32,000 nucleotides of DNA, taken from contig NC_008312.1 of assembly GCF_000014265.1 (NCBI RefSeq), forward strand, positions 6,180,001 through 6,212,000. The letters are read 5' to 3'. The stretch is from Trichodesmium erythraeum IMS101. Lineage in GTDB: Bacteria > Cyanobacteriota > Cyanobacteriia > Cyanobacteriales > Microcoleaceae. Below are positions 17,545-29,416 of the stretch, one piece after another. The notes under the pieces were generated by a model. That model was not told the origin of the DNA, did no database searches, and worked only from the letters and a program-made list of their open reading frames with translations. The position numbers and the translations under genes are program-made. The first letter of the stretch is position 1; every line of letters starts with the position of its first letter.

Positions 17545-17823
17545 TGTAATAGTGATTTGTTTGATAACTGGTTAGAAAATTTTTGACTACCAAAATTATA
17601 ATCGGGACAAGTGATCGTACTGGATAATGCAACATTTCATAAATCAGTTTATATTCAATAATTAGTGGCCAAAGCTAAGTGTGAAATCTGGTGTTTACCA
17701 CCATTATGGCTAGATTTTAATCAGATAGAACGTTGGTGGTTTGTTTGAAAAAATTTGCTCAGACAAAGACTCAAGGAATTTGATGATTTTCGTATTGGGT
17801 GTGGATACAGCTTTTCTTGAACT
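17545..17823 (+). mobile_element. IS630-family transposase C-terminal remnant (stops in frame)
   Basis: It translates to ...DLFDNWLENF*LPKL*SGQVIVLDNATFHKSVYIQ*LVAKAKCEIWCLPPLWLDFNQIERWWFV*KNLLRQ. This matches the IS630 DDE region (DNAxFHK ... LPPYSPDLNPIE..W). Confidence 0.75.
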
Positions 17824-18110
17824 ACCTCAATTTTTTCTGTAGTGGCGAAAGATGTCCATTATTTCTTTGACAGGCTTGGTTGCATGAAGGTGGGGATCGC
17901 GCTCACATAATACTGTTATTTTTTAGTTGTCTGTGAAATCAAAGTCCAACCCGGGAGTCCATAATACCAATTCCCATAACTAGGGTTTGCTGAATAAATC
18001 TAAAAAACTTACACAATAATGATTTTAAGTATTTTTAATCATAAATAGTATCTAAGTTTCAGTTAAAATAGACTAAAAATTAGGTATCTATAATCCACAC
18101 TCCATATAAA

Positions 18111-18316
18111 GAAAAGTAGGCCAACGTGATACTCTAACAGAAAATTTTCAACCGGCGTTCAATGGCCAATTATCCCCAGAGTGATGACTAGTTTAATTCC
18201 TTGGGAAAAATATGAAGATGTATATGCAATCTTTTTCTCCACCATGCATAGGAGCACCTGGATTAAATTTTAGAATAGAATTAGGGGCGTTCATTATTAA
18301 ATAAAAATTAGGTATA
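18111..18316 (+). mobile_element. N-terminal fragment of an IS4/IS5-superfamily transposase (DUF772-like), degraded
   Basis: It translates to GQRDTLTENFQPAFNGQLSPE**LV*FLGKNMKMYMQSFSPPCIGAPGLNFRIELGAFIIK*KLGI. The pattern LIPWEK...GxPG..R..LGA.IIKxKLG is typical of InsH-type N-termini. The family call is tentative. Confidence 0.5.
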
Positions 18317-18469
18317 TTTGAAGACAAACAAATAAAATAGGATTGCTATATATTTAATGATTTTTTTTATATTAAACTCTTTTTGATCATCAAACTTTCA
18401 AATTTTAAATTTAACTTTTTTATTTATTTTTATTTCAATCTCTTTCTTCTGAACAGCCACATAAATATA

Positions 18470-19170
18470 AGCAGTTTTAAAAAATTATCATTCTTCAAAA
18501 ATGTATAAACTTCCAAAGTATATTGTTTGTCATCAGGCAATAAATTAACTGCCTTAATAGCATCCTTAAATTCTACATCCAAATGTTTACATCGTGGATA
18601 AATTTTACCAACATAATGGTGGTTATTCTTGATTAGTAAAGTTCCTAAAAAAATATGACTAGACCTACATATTTTTATGTTTTTTACTTTTTTACCAGAA
18701 TTACTGAAACACCAGCCAAAAATATCTAAGTACTAATATTGCTGAAACTCAGCATTAATAACAGGAGCATCAAAACAAATAGGATAGCAATCTTGATTAC
18801 TTAATTTAATATCTTGAATTAAGAATGATAAAAAGAAAAATCAGGTTGTTGACTGTGTAAAATCTCAAAAATTGGTCTATCTAATAATCTCTTACTTGCA
18901 AACCAATAGTAATAGTAATAGAAACCATTAATACCATGCTTTACTTTCTTTCTAATTTTGCTTGGGCACCCCTCACTTCTAACAAGCACAAATCGTAAAA
19001 TCCTAAATCAGTAGGTAGTTTCGGTTGATAATGTCCTTCAAACAGTGGTTTTGCTTTGGTAACATTTGTCGACTCTGTAAACACTTTACCCCACCATTCA
19101 TCATTTTCTGGAATTGGATGAAACTAAGGAAGAAAAAAGGCAATTAAACGTACTTGAGCCTCGGTTTTTA
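18470..19170 (-). pseudogene. WbsX-family (GH99-like) glycosyltransferase pseudogene, truncated with multiple stops
   Basis: The reverse strand reads [57 protein letters not shown]... This matches the hallmark [27 protein letters not shown]-terminus. The frame then collapses. Confidence 0.75.
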
Positions 19171-19304
19171 AACTATCTATCTACTTGATTATACTTTAAG
19201 TTTTTGGAATTGATGTAAACGGGTAATTTCAGGATTCAATAAACATCTCCAAAATAGAAAATAAGGTAAAATTATCAAAACCATTTATGTATAAAGTCTC
19301 CCAA

Positions 19305-20200
19305 ATGAATCCAACTTTAGAATATATTTATAATCATCCAAAATAAACAAAAAGAATTATTGGCATTACTTATGAACAGCTAATAAAATTAATAGCAAAG
19401 GCCTAAGTAATAGAATCAGAGAAAAAGGAGGCGATCGCCAAAACAGAAAAAAGATTAATTAAAGCAGGTGGAGTCAGAAAAAAGAATTTAACAAAGGAAG
19501 AAGAAATAATTTTAACGTTATTTTATTTACATCAAATACCAACTTTTCAAACATTAGGAATTAACTTTGGTATAAGTGAATCAAGTGCTAATAATATTTT
19601 TCATTACTGGATAGATATTCTCAGAGAATTACTGCCAGCAAGTTTATTAGAACAAGTAAAAAAAAAGAAAATGAATTGGAATGGGTAAAGGAGATATTAA
19701 CAGAATTAGAATTAATTGTAGATAGTACAGAACAAAGTAGAGAAAGACCAAGTGAATATAAAGACCAAGAAAAATATAAAATATGAAAAAATAAAAATCA
19801 TACTTTTAAAAATCAAATAATAACGACACCAAAAGGAACAGAAATAGTAGATGTAATAGTAGGAGAAAAAGGTCCAGTAAGTGATGTAAAAATATTAAGA
19901 AAACAACAGGATAAATTTGATAAAAAACAAAAGTTTCAAGGAGATAAAGCTGATGAAGGAGTAGAAAGAACTACTACACCAAAAAAGAAACCAAGAAAAA
20001 AAGAAATGCCGCTAGAAATCAAAGAATAAAATCAAGAAAAAGCCAGAAAGAGAATATTTGTAGAACATATAATAAGATTAATTAAAATATTTAGAATTGC
20101 TAGAGAAAGATTCAGATTAAAAGATAATAATTATCAAAAAGTAATCTTAACAATATGTGGTTTAGTGCGACTAAGAATTGGCTCTTTTATATTAGTAAAA
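19305..20200 (+). mobile_element. IS5-family / Harbinger-like (DDE_Tnp_4) transposase pseudogene
   Basis: HTH region: LTKEEEIILTLFYLHQIPTFQTLGINFGISESSANNIFHYWIDILRELLP. This is followed by IVDSTEQS..RP, HTFKNQII, TTPKKKP and a C-terminal RIFVEHIIRLIKIFRIARERFRL..ICGLVRLR. There are many stops and frameshifts. Confidence 0.75.
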
Positions 20201-20296
20201 ACCATCAAAAGCCGAGATAAAAATAATAAATCAAAGTACAATAAATATTTGAATTAGTAACACGAAGTATCTCTGATGCCCATAAAACTGTACAAA

Positions 20297-20775
20297 TTAA
20301 CTATCTTCATAAGTAGCGATCGCACCACTAAAGATAGTTAGGATAAATGTTTGAGTATTTTTGGAGATGTCTAATTCTATCCCCTTTTTTAGGGGAGCAA
20401 TAGCCTCCTCAAACTTAACCATCTCCCTCAAAGTCAGCCCCAAATTAAAATGCCTCCAGGCAAAATCTGAATTCAAAGTAATCATTTGCAGATATACAGC
20501 TAACGCATCTTCCCAGTGCTGCTGCTGGAATAAAAATCCCCTAGCTTTTGCTACAATTGCTATGTATACTTGATCTTGTTATTGTTAACATCCCAGAAAT
20601 CAGATTTTAGCGAGCTAACTTTCTTGAAACACTCATAAGCCTCTTCAAATTGCTCCAAATTAACCAAAACTAAATCTAAGTTATGATGAACCTAAATCTC
20701 ATCTGGCTTCAACTTCAAGGTTTGACGATAGGCTTGTGAAGGGTCTTCCCACTTCCGTTTTTGCTCAGAGTTCAT
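20297..20775 (-). pseudogene. Degraded TPR-protein gene fragment
   Basis: The reverse strand reads MNSEQKRKWEDPSQAYRQTLKLKPDEI*VHHNLDLVLVNLEQFEEAYECFKKVSSLKSDFWDV..., then the 62-aa ORF ..FAWRHFNLGLTLREMVKFEEAIAPLKKGIELD. The spacing is TPR-like, with stops and frameshifts. Confidence 0.5.
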
Positions 20776-21540
20776 TGTTGAAGTAAAACTAAATTAGCAG
20801 TGACGTACAATTAGTGATTTTTGCAGTTATAGTCCTAAAAGTAAAAAGAATTTAATCATTTTACAGTATGTCTCAATTAGTAGAGAAGGCTATAAATATT
20901 TTTGTGACTATTATTTGAGTTGTAAAAATTGATATTACAGGAATCTCTAAACAGCCAGAAAAAGATGATACACAGCCAAACGGCATCATAAGGTTGCTCA
21001 AGAGTTCAAGCCTTGTATTTTCTTCTGTATTAGATTACTTGTTTGACAAGCCGAGGATTTGATGATAAAAGCTTCATATATGACAGGCATTTAGTAGAGT
21101 TATTGGTAAATAAAAATTGAAAAGACTCAAAAGCTTACTATTAATGGTTTTGAGTATTTTAGTACTGAAAAACACTATAAGCTTTGACTTAATTTTGGTT
21201 TTATATTATGTCCGTTAATATCGTTTGTGTAAAAGTTTGGACAATATCTATCGTCATATAAGGTTGTTCTTCCTTTTAAAGCTTCTTCCTTCTTTCTTAC
21301 CTTCTCTATACAATACCGATGCTACCGGACATAATATTAGCCTTTTTTTTTAAAATAGCTAAAACCTAAAACAAGTCCAGGTTTATAGTGCTTTTGAGTA
21401 TTAAAATCCTGAAAGCATTATAGAGTAAACTTTTGAGCATTTTAAATCTTTATTTCCAAACAACTCTGATGTATTTTTAGTGATTATTTCAGAGATTTAC
21501 ACTATAACTAGTGCCTTTACGTAAGTCATGTTCCAGTTTA

Positions 21541-21656
21541 AATTACTCCCACAGAATTAAAATGGCCATCATAAGCTAGGGATTATCTGGGGATAGTCGG
21601 TTCTTAAGTGACCATTTAAAATTTTCTGGCGTCGGCCTAGATTAGCCTACTTTTTT
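21541..21656 (-). mobile_element. Second, inverted copy of the same IS 5'-end fragment as 18111-18316
   Basis: The reverse complement shares AAAAGTAGGC, CAGAAAATTTT, TATCCCCAGA and TTTAATTC..TGGGA with 18111-18230, in the same order and interrupted by indels. Confidence 0.5.
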
Positions 21657-21950
21657 CTACTTAATTACTGCAAATAGATGCCTGAAAATTGCTGTATTTT
21701 AGCTTCAAAGAGGTAAATATTTCTTTTTCTAAAGATGCTTAAATACTTACTGTGCAAGTTTTTAGATTGAATCAGTAGGCTTTATATAGAAACCATTTGA
21801 TATCTCTATTGATTAATCATTAGCTTTACAGCTTCTTGGTTTAATCCTTATTGGCACAAATACCCTCCACTAGTCCATTACCTAGGTCGAAATTACTTAT
21901 ATGGCTTGGTGAAGTAGCTAATTTAGCTTGAAAAAGATACCAAATGAATT

Positions 21951-22928
21951 CTATAAGATTTTTGACCTCAGAAATGCTATGGGCAAACATAGAAACTTGC
22001 GAGGGGTAGAAACGTAGGCTCGACGATTAAATACATCATATTGATTATGCTCAATAGCATCCAAAATCTTACTATAAAGCATAGAAGCTGACCAAACAGG
22101 CCAACGAATATCAGGGCTTAAACGTTTAATACCTCTCTCTGCATCAACAAAAAATTTACGCGCCCTATGAATCTGAAATTTCATCAACTCTCGCCAACGC
22201 TCATCAATTACACCATTCAATAAATCTTCTTCAGTATAATCAAATAAAGCTAACTCTTGTAAAGGAAGATAAATCCTACCCCGGCGAGCATCTTCTCCTA
22301 CATCTCTTAAAATATTTGTAAGTTGATTAGCAATTCCCAAGGCGATCGCCTCTGATGCAGGATACTGAAATTGTTGGTGGCTCTTCTGTGGAGCAGCAAC
22401 ATTTGATGTTTCTATTCCCATAACTGGCATAGTCATTAAACCAACTGTACCTGCGACTCGATAACAGTAAAGTTTCAGTTCCTCAAATGTTTGGTAGCGA
22501 CTGCTGTACAGATCCATTTGCTGACCTGCAATCATATCCCGAAATGGTTGTATATCTATGGGGAATCGAGATAAGGTATCTACCAATGCTACATCTGCAT
22601 CTTCTAAGGGATAGCCAGCAAAGATAGATTCAAGATTTTGTTCCCACTTTTGGAGAGTTTCTGTGGTTGTAGTATTTGACGTGGGTCCATCGACCAGTTC
22701 ATCTGTACGACGACACCAGACATAAATTGCCCAGATTGCTTTACTTTTAGCCTCTGGCATTAACTGAGTACCCATGTAAAAAGTTTTAGAATAGGTAGCT
22801 GTGATTTGACGGCACAGCTCATAAGAATCTTCTATAGATACCAGGGATGAACAAGTCATACGCTGAGAAGATTTAGAGCTTGGCAGCATTCTTTGCTGGC
22901 TTTGGAGTTGTTCGTTGCAGATTTGCAT
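21951..22928 (-). CDS. crtB: Phytoene synthase
   Basis: Squalene/phytoene synthase motifs: YVWCRRTDELVD, YCYRVAGTVG, LTNILRDVGEDARRGRIYLP. It lies 23 nt downstream of pds on the same strand. The true start may be an internal Met. Confidence 0.95.
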   Translation of the reverse strand: MQICNEQLQSQQRMLPSSKSSQRMTCSSLVSIEDSYELCRQITATYSKTFYMGTQLMPEAKSKAIWAIYVWCRRTDELVDGPTSNTTTTETLQKWEQNLESIFAGYPLEDADVALVDTLSRFPIDIQPFRDMIAGQQMDLYSSRYQTFEELKLYCYRVAGTVGLMTMPVMGIETSNVAAPQKSHQQFQYPASEAIALGIANQLTNILRDVGEDARRGRIYLPLQELALFDYTEEDLLNGVIDERWRELMKFQIHRARKFFVDAERGIKRLSPDIRWPVWSASMLYSKILDAIEHNQYDVFNRRAYVSTPRKFLCLPIAFLRSKIL

Positions 22929-22951
22929 GAGATTCAGGGTAAATAGAAGCT

Positions 22952-24331
<1,380 letters not shown>

Positions 24332-24669
24332 TTATTTGGTAAAAACCTCTTAAATAAATTTACTTATTTTTATTATAACTTTACAAGTTGTTACACAATT
24401 CAGCAAGACCTGATTAAGTTATTTTTGATTTCTCTAAAAATTAATTTATCTCCTTAGTTTTGACAAAACAATGTAAATATGGTTATGTTACAGCGAAATT
24501 AGTAATAGATTTGTATTATCCTAATAAAATGTAAGAATGCTTGACTAGAGATTGGCTCAAACCAAAGGCCAATTTATAGTCAATATATTGAGATAGTGAG
24601 GCCTTCCTCAAAATACCAAAGAATTTGACACAATAGAATTAATAAAAGGACAAACAAATAAACTAAGGC

Positions 24670-26682
24670 ATGGGCAAAGTAGTTGGCATAGACCTGGGTA
24701 CAACAAACTCCGTTGTTTCCGTTATGGAAGGAGGAAAACCAATAGTGATAGCTAACTTAGAAGGAATGCGGACAACACCATCTGTAGTTGGCTTCACAAA
24801 GGAAGGAGAACGAATAGTTGGACAAATGGCCAGAAGGCAAATAGTTCTGAATCCCCAGAACACCTTCTACGGAGTCAAACGATATATTGGACGTAAATAC
24901 TCTGAACTATCACCAGAATCAAAGCGCGTTCCATATACAATTCGCCGGGACGAATACGGCAATATCAAAATCAAATGTCCCCGAATGAAACGAGATTTTG
25001 CTCCTGAAGAACTATCAGCTATGATACTGCGGAAACTAGCAGATGAAGCAAGTCGTTATCTGGGAGAAGAGGTAACAGGAGCAGTAATTACTGTACCAGC
25101 ATATTTTAATGACTCCCAAAGACAAGCTACTCGCGATGCAGGGACTATTGCGGGCTTAGAAGTGAAACGTATTTTGAATGAACCAACGGCAGCATCTTTG
25201 GCCTATGGATTAGAAAGTACAGAAAATCAGTTAATTCTAGTTTTTGACTTAGGTGGAGGTACATTTGATGTTTCAATTTTAGAAGTAGGAGATGGAGTAT
25301 TTGAAGTCAAGGCTACCAGTGGAGATACTCAATTAGGGGGTAATGACTTTGACCAAAGAGTGGTTGACTGGTTAGCTGAACAATTTCTAGAGTCAGAAGG
25401 AATAGACTTAAGGAATGACCGTCAAGCTCTACAAAGACTGACTGAAGCTGCCGAAAAAGCCAAAATTGAATTATCTGGGGTTGGGGTAACAGAGGTTAAT
25501 CTTCCCTTTATTACTGCTACAGAAGATGGCCCTAAGCATCTGGAAACTAGGTTGACTAGATCCCAATTTGAAGGACTTTGTGAAGATTTAGTTTCTAGAA
25601 TCCGACGTCCTGTAAAAATGGCCTTAAAAGATGCTAGTATTAATCCCTCTATGATTGATGAAGTAGTATTAGTAGGTGGTTCAACTCGTATTCCTTTTGT
25701 CCAAGACTTAGTTTATTCTCTTATAGATAGAGAAGCAAATCAGGGAGTGAACCCTGATGAGGTTGTGGCGGTAGGAGCGGCTATTCAGGCTGGTATTTTA
25801 GCTGGTGATGTGCGAGATGTGCTGCTTTTGGATGTTACTCCATTGTCTGTGGGTTTAGAAACTATTGGGGGGGTGATGAAAAAACTTATTCCTCGGAATA
25901 CTACTATTCCAGTCAGACGTTCTGATATCTTTTCTACTGCAGAAAATAATCAGACTTTAGTTGAGATTCATGTGATTCAGGGAGAACGAGAAATAGCTGC
26001 TGATAATAAGTCTCTTGGAAAATTTAAGCTTACTGGTATTCCCCCTGCACCACGAGGTGTGCCACAGGTGCAAGTATCTTTTGATGTTGATGCTAATGGT
26101 ATTTTGCAGGTGACGGCAATGGATAAGACTACTGGTAGAACTCAAAGTATTACTATTCAAGGAGCTTCTACTTTAAGTCAGCAGGAAATTACTCAGATGA
26201 TTCAGGATGCGGAAAAATTTGCTGAAGCAGACAGACTTAAACGGGAGCAAGTGGACAAGCGTAACCGGGCTGAGGCTTTGGCCTTTCAGGCAGAACGAAA
26301 ACTGCGAGAGGTAGCCTTGGATTATGGTATGCAGTTTGCAGCCAGAAGTCGTCAACGCATTGAGATGTTGATTAGGGAGCTGCGGGATAGTTTGGAACGG
26401 GATGATGAACGGGGTATTGATCGGGTAGGAGTTGACTTACAAGATGCTCTCTACGATCTCAAACGTGAGGTTTCAATTTATACCTCCTCTGAAAATGATG
26501 ATAACTTCTTTGGCTCTGTGCGCCGGACAATATCTGGCGAAGAGCGTAACCCTAGGGATAGGGAACGTTATGATTATGAAAGTAGGGTTTATAGTCGTCC
26601 TCCTGATCGAGTTAGTTCTAATCGAGCTAATCGTTATTATCAAAGTCAAGATTGGGATGATGATGATGATGATTGGCTATAA
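24670..26682 (+). CDS. dnaK: Hsp70 chaperone DnaK paralogue with a divergent C-terminal extension ending [11 protein letters not shown]
   Basis: [29 protein letters not shown] and a conserved substrate-binding domain, followed by ~70 divergent residues. Its position next to a type II DnaJ suggests the cyanobacterial DnaK3-type paralogue (tentative). Confidence 0.93.
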   Translation: MGKVVGIDLGTTNSVVSVMEGGKPIVIANLEGMRTTPSVVGFTKEGERIVGQMARRQIVLNPQNTFYGVKRYIGRKYSELSPESKRVPYTIRRDEYGNIKIKCPRMKRDFAPEELSAMILRKLADEASRYLGEEVTGAVITVPAYFNDSQRQATRDAGTIAGLEVKRILNEPTAASLAYGLESTENQLILVFDLGGGTFDVSILEVGDGVFEVKATSGDTQLGGNDFDQRVVDWLAEQFLESEGIDLRNDRQALQRLTEAAEKAKIELSGVGVTEVNLPFITATEDGPKHLETRLTRSQFEGLCEDLVSRIRRPVKMALKDASINPSMIDEVVLVGGSTRIPFVQDLVYSLIDREANQGVNPDEVVAVGAAIQAGILAGDVRDVLLLDVTPLSVGLETIGGVMKKLIPRNTTIPVRRSDIFSTAENNQTLVEIHVIQGEREIAADNKSLGKFKLTGIPPAPRGVPQVQVSFDVDANGILQVTAMDKTTGRTQSITIQGASTLSQQEITQMIQDAEKFAEADRLKREQVDKRNRAEALAFQAERKLREVALDYGMQFAARSRQRIEMLIRELRDSLERDDERGIDRVGVDLQDALYDLKREVSIYTSSENDDNFFGSVRRTISGEERNPRDRERYDYESRVYSRPPDRVSSNRANRYYQSQDWDDDDDDWL

Positions 26683-27069
26683 CTATTGTGGATTTTAGAT
26701 GGGGCCAGAGATAGTTGATCACTGGCTTTCAATATATACCTTAGATGAAATGCGGGTGTGTTCAAAATTGAAGAGTCAAGTTATTGCTATAAATGAAAAG
26801 TAATAATTTGAAAATATCTTAACTGAATTGGTATAGCGCTACGCGCAAGTTAAAAGTCACGGATTCATATCCCTTGTAGGCTTTTCCTCTGAAAAGGCCG
26901 CGCTTGTAAGGATTTAACAATATCCTTAATTATTTGCGTAGTATTTTGATTACTATATTTTGGCTTCAATTAAGAAGTCTAAGATCTGGTACTATTTTGC
27001 TTCAAGAGTTTAGAGAAAATATTTATAGTTAAAAATATTAATAAGTTATTTATAAGTTTAAGTTAGCAG

Positions 27070-28071
27070 ATGCAAAACTTTCGGAATTATTATCAGATTC
27101 TAGATATTTCTAAAGATGCTTCAGTGGATGAAATTAAGAAAGCATATAGAAAATTAGCGCGACAATTTCATCCAGATGTAAATCCAGGAAGTAAAGAGGC
27201 GGAAGAAAAGTTTAAAGATATTAATGAAGCCTATGATATTTTATCGGATGTAGAGAAACGTTTAGAGTACGATAAGTTTATTCGATATTGGAAACCAAAA
27301 GGAATTGCCAGTAGGATGGGGATGCGAGTTCCTGATTTTAGAAATTGGGGAGATAATCTTTCTGGCAATGGAGTTAAGTCAGACAAGAATGTTGATGTTA
27401 GTGATTTTTCAGATTTTAATACTTTTGTAGATCAATTGTTGGGTCGTCGTCGGGAAGTTAAGACTCCGGCAACAGCAACAAAACCAAAAACTCAGTCATC
27501 AAGTGTTTATCGCCCTGGTCAGAAAAAGGCTGTTTATAAAGCAACGGAACAGGAGCTAAGAAAGGATATTGAGGCTAGATTGACTTTGCCTTTGGAAAAA
27601 GCTTATGTGGGAGGGGTGGAGAAAATACGTTTGGAGGATGGGCGTTCGATCGAGGTAAATATGCCGAGAGCTATGGTTAGTGGTCAAAAAGTTCGTCTGA
27701 AAAATCAGGGTATTGGTGGGGGAGATTTGTATTTGAAGATTACGATCGCTCCTCATGGTTTTTATCAGTTACAGGGGGCAGAAATTTTCTGCGAGTTACC
27801 TATTACTCCTGTAGAGGCAGTTTTGGGTGGGGATATTGAGGTTCCCACTTTGGATGGTTGGGTGAGGATGAAGTTACCGGCGGGGGTTGTTTCTGGTCAA
27901 CGTTTACGACTTGCTAGTAAGGGTTATCCTGATGGTATGGGTGATCGTGGGGACCAGTTGGTGGAGATTAAGATTGTAACTCCGAAGAAGCTTAGTGAAG
28001 AGGAGTTGGAGATTTATCAGAAGTTACGGGAGGTTGAGAGGCTTAAACCACGGAAAGATTTGCCTGTTTAA
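27070..28071 (+). CDS. dnaJ: DnaJ-family co-chaperone lacking the Cys-rich zinc finger and G/F region (type II/CbpA-like)
   Basis: The J domain has YYQILDISKDAS..KAYRKLARQFHPDVN. The C-terminal DnaJ_C beta domains are present (LYLKITIAPHGFYQ, DIEVPTLDG). There are no CxxCxGxG repeats. Confidence 0.9.
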   Translation: MQNFRNYYQILDISKDASVDEIKKAYRKLARQFHPDVNPGSKEAEEKFKDINEAYDILSDVEKRLEYDKFIRYWKPKGIASRMGMRVPDFRNWGDNLSGNGVKSDKNVDVSDFSDFNTFVDQLLGRRREVKTPATATKPKTQSSSVYRPGQKKAVYKATEQELRKDIEARLTLPLEKAYVGGVEKIRLEDGRSIEVNMPRAMVSGQKVRLKNQGIGGGDLYLKITIAPHGFYQLQGAEIFCELPITPVEAVLGGDIEVPTLDGWVRMKLPAGVVSGQRLRLASKGYPDGMGDRGDQLVEIKIVTPKKLSEEELEIYQKLREVERLKPRKDLPV

Positions 28072-28370
28072 TTTGGTTTGTGTCTGTTCAGTAAACCCTA
28101 ATTATTGCTCAATGATAACTTTGCTTGCTGCAGCATAAATTCCTAAAAAGTTAGGATTAAAGGCTCACTATGAGGGAAAAATCACTCTTCTAATTCTTTC
28201 TGCTACCTCCTTTATAATTTACATTTATCCTGTACGGATGTTGTATAACAAAAATGCGTTTCATGTCGCGCAGCAAAATGTCCATACCTGACTCCTATTC
28301 TTACTCATAAAACTTTTTCAGTAAACTCTAATTATATGATGTTGGGATAATAAGTGATAAAAAAGTTTTT

Positions 28371-28402
28371 GTTTGTAGTATTCCTCTAGTAATACTACAA
28401 AC
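28371..28402. terminator. Bidirectional hairpin between convergent dnaJ and the IDO-like pseudogene
   Basis: A perfect 12-bp stem GTTTGTAGTATT / AATACTACAAAC with an 8-nt loop, flanked by A/T runs on both sides (aaaaagttttt ... tttaatt). Confidence 0.5.
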
Positions 28403-28450
28403 TTTAATTATAACTATTTAAGGGGAACAGATATGATATTGTATTTAGTT

Positions 28451-29416
28451 TTAAATTTTAGCTGTATTTTTATTATTAATGGCCGCAGATTCTGTTACGT
28501 TTCTGAGAGTTCCTAGGTAAGTTCTGTAAGAAGTGCCACCTGTACCATAAACAGTATTATTATTTTCACCTGGATTAGATATGTATTTAGGAATCATTTT
28601 TAAATGATTAGTTCGCATCAAAAGAATTTTGTCAATACAGTTATTGTAAGCTTCTCTTAAATCTGGAGAATTATTGTCCATGACAAAGTTTCTTACTAGG
28701 CTCTTATGATAAGTTTCTTCCAAAAAATTTCTATGAGGAGCTGGCATATAGTTAACAAAACCGTAGTAATTTTCTAGAACTAACTCTACAGGAAGTTCTT
28801 GTTTTTCGTTAAGAATTTTTCTTTGTACAGGATCTAGAGACATACAACCCATAATCCTATCTAATAAAGGCATTGCAATGCTTTTAGAACCAGTTTCTCC
28901 TCTGAGAACTGAAGCATTAATCTCGGTACCTTGATAAACAAGCTCAAGGTTATTGTGCCATCCCTTGAGAAACTGTCTGATGTATTTTCTGAAAATTTCA
29001 GGAGACACAATCTTCTCTGTAGTCATAAAAACATCTTTTATGTTAACAATCGTATTAGCCATTTCTCGTAAGACAATAGTTAGAGAAACTGCATCTTTTT
29101 CCTCCGCTAGCTCATCGCTTTTATCCCTTGCCGATAACACTCCCTAGCAGCTGCTTCATAGGCTACATGAACAGTTATGAATTGGTCTTCATCTTCTAAA
29201 ATGAAAATGTAACCAGACTTTTAAGATTGTTTGTGGTAAAATCTCCAGTTGGATCTTGTTTTCTCCAGTTTCTTAAGACATAATCAGCATAGTTGAGTAT
29301 TGGTGGTTCTTTCAATCTTTCTGAAACCTAAACCAAAGGAATAGCAATCTGTGATGGAAGAACTGTTCTTGGTTCAGGTTCCCCTAAAGTATCGTCAAAA
29401 GTTGAATAAAAAGTCA
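28451..29416 (-). pseudogene. Indoleamine 2,3-dioxygenase (IDO)-like gene, 5'-truncated and frame-disrupted
   Basis: The C-terminal 229-aa ORF matches IDO (YMPAPHRNFL, LREAYNNCIDKILLMRTNHLKMIPKYI, GTGGTSY). The upstream pieces (LPSQIAIPLV*VSERLKEPPILNYADYVLRNW... and LEDEDQFITVHVAYEAAA) lie in other frames with a TAG. About 100 N-terminal residues are absent. Confidence 0.7.

Noticed and set aside
20361-20573. 70-aa plus-strand ORF
   Set aside because: It is antisense to the degraded TPR gene fragment and has no supporting signals.
20985-21015. T-arm-like GAGTTCAAGCC motif suggesting a tRNA
   Set aside because: The upstream 70 nt give no acceptor, D or anticodon stems. The resemblance is isolated.
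27556-29147. ORFs 27556-27756(-) and 28953-29147(+)
   Set aside because: They are antisense to dnaJ and to the IDO-like sequence respectively, with no independent support.
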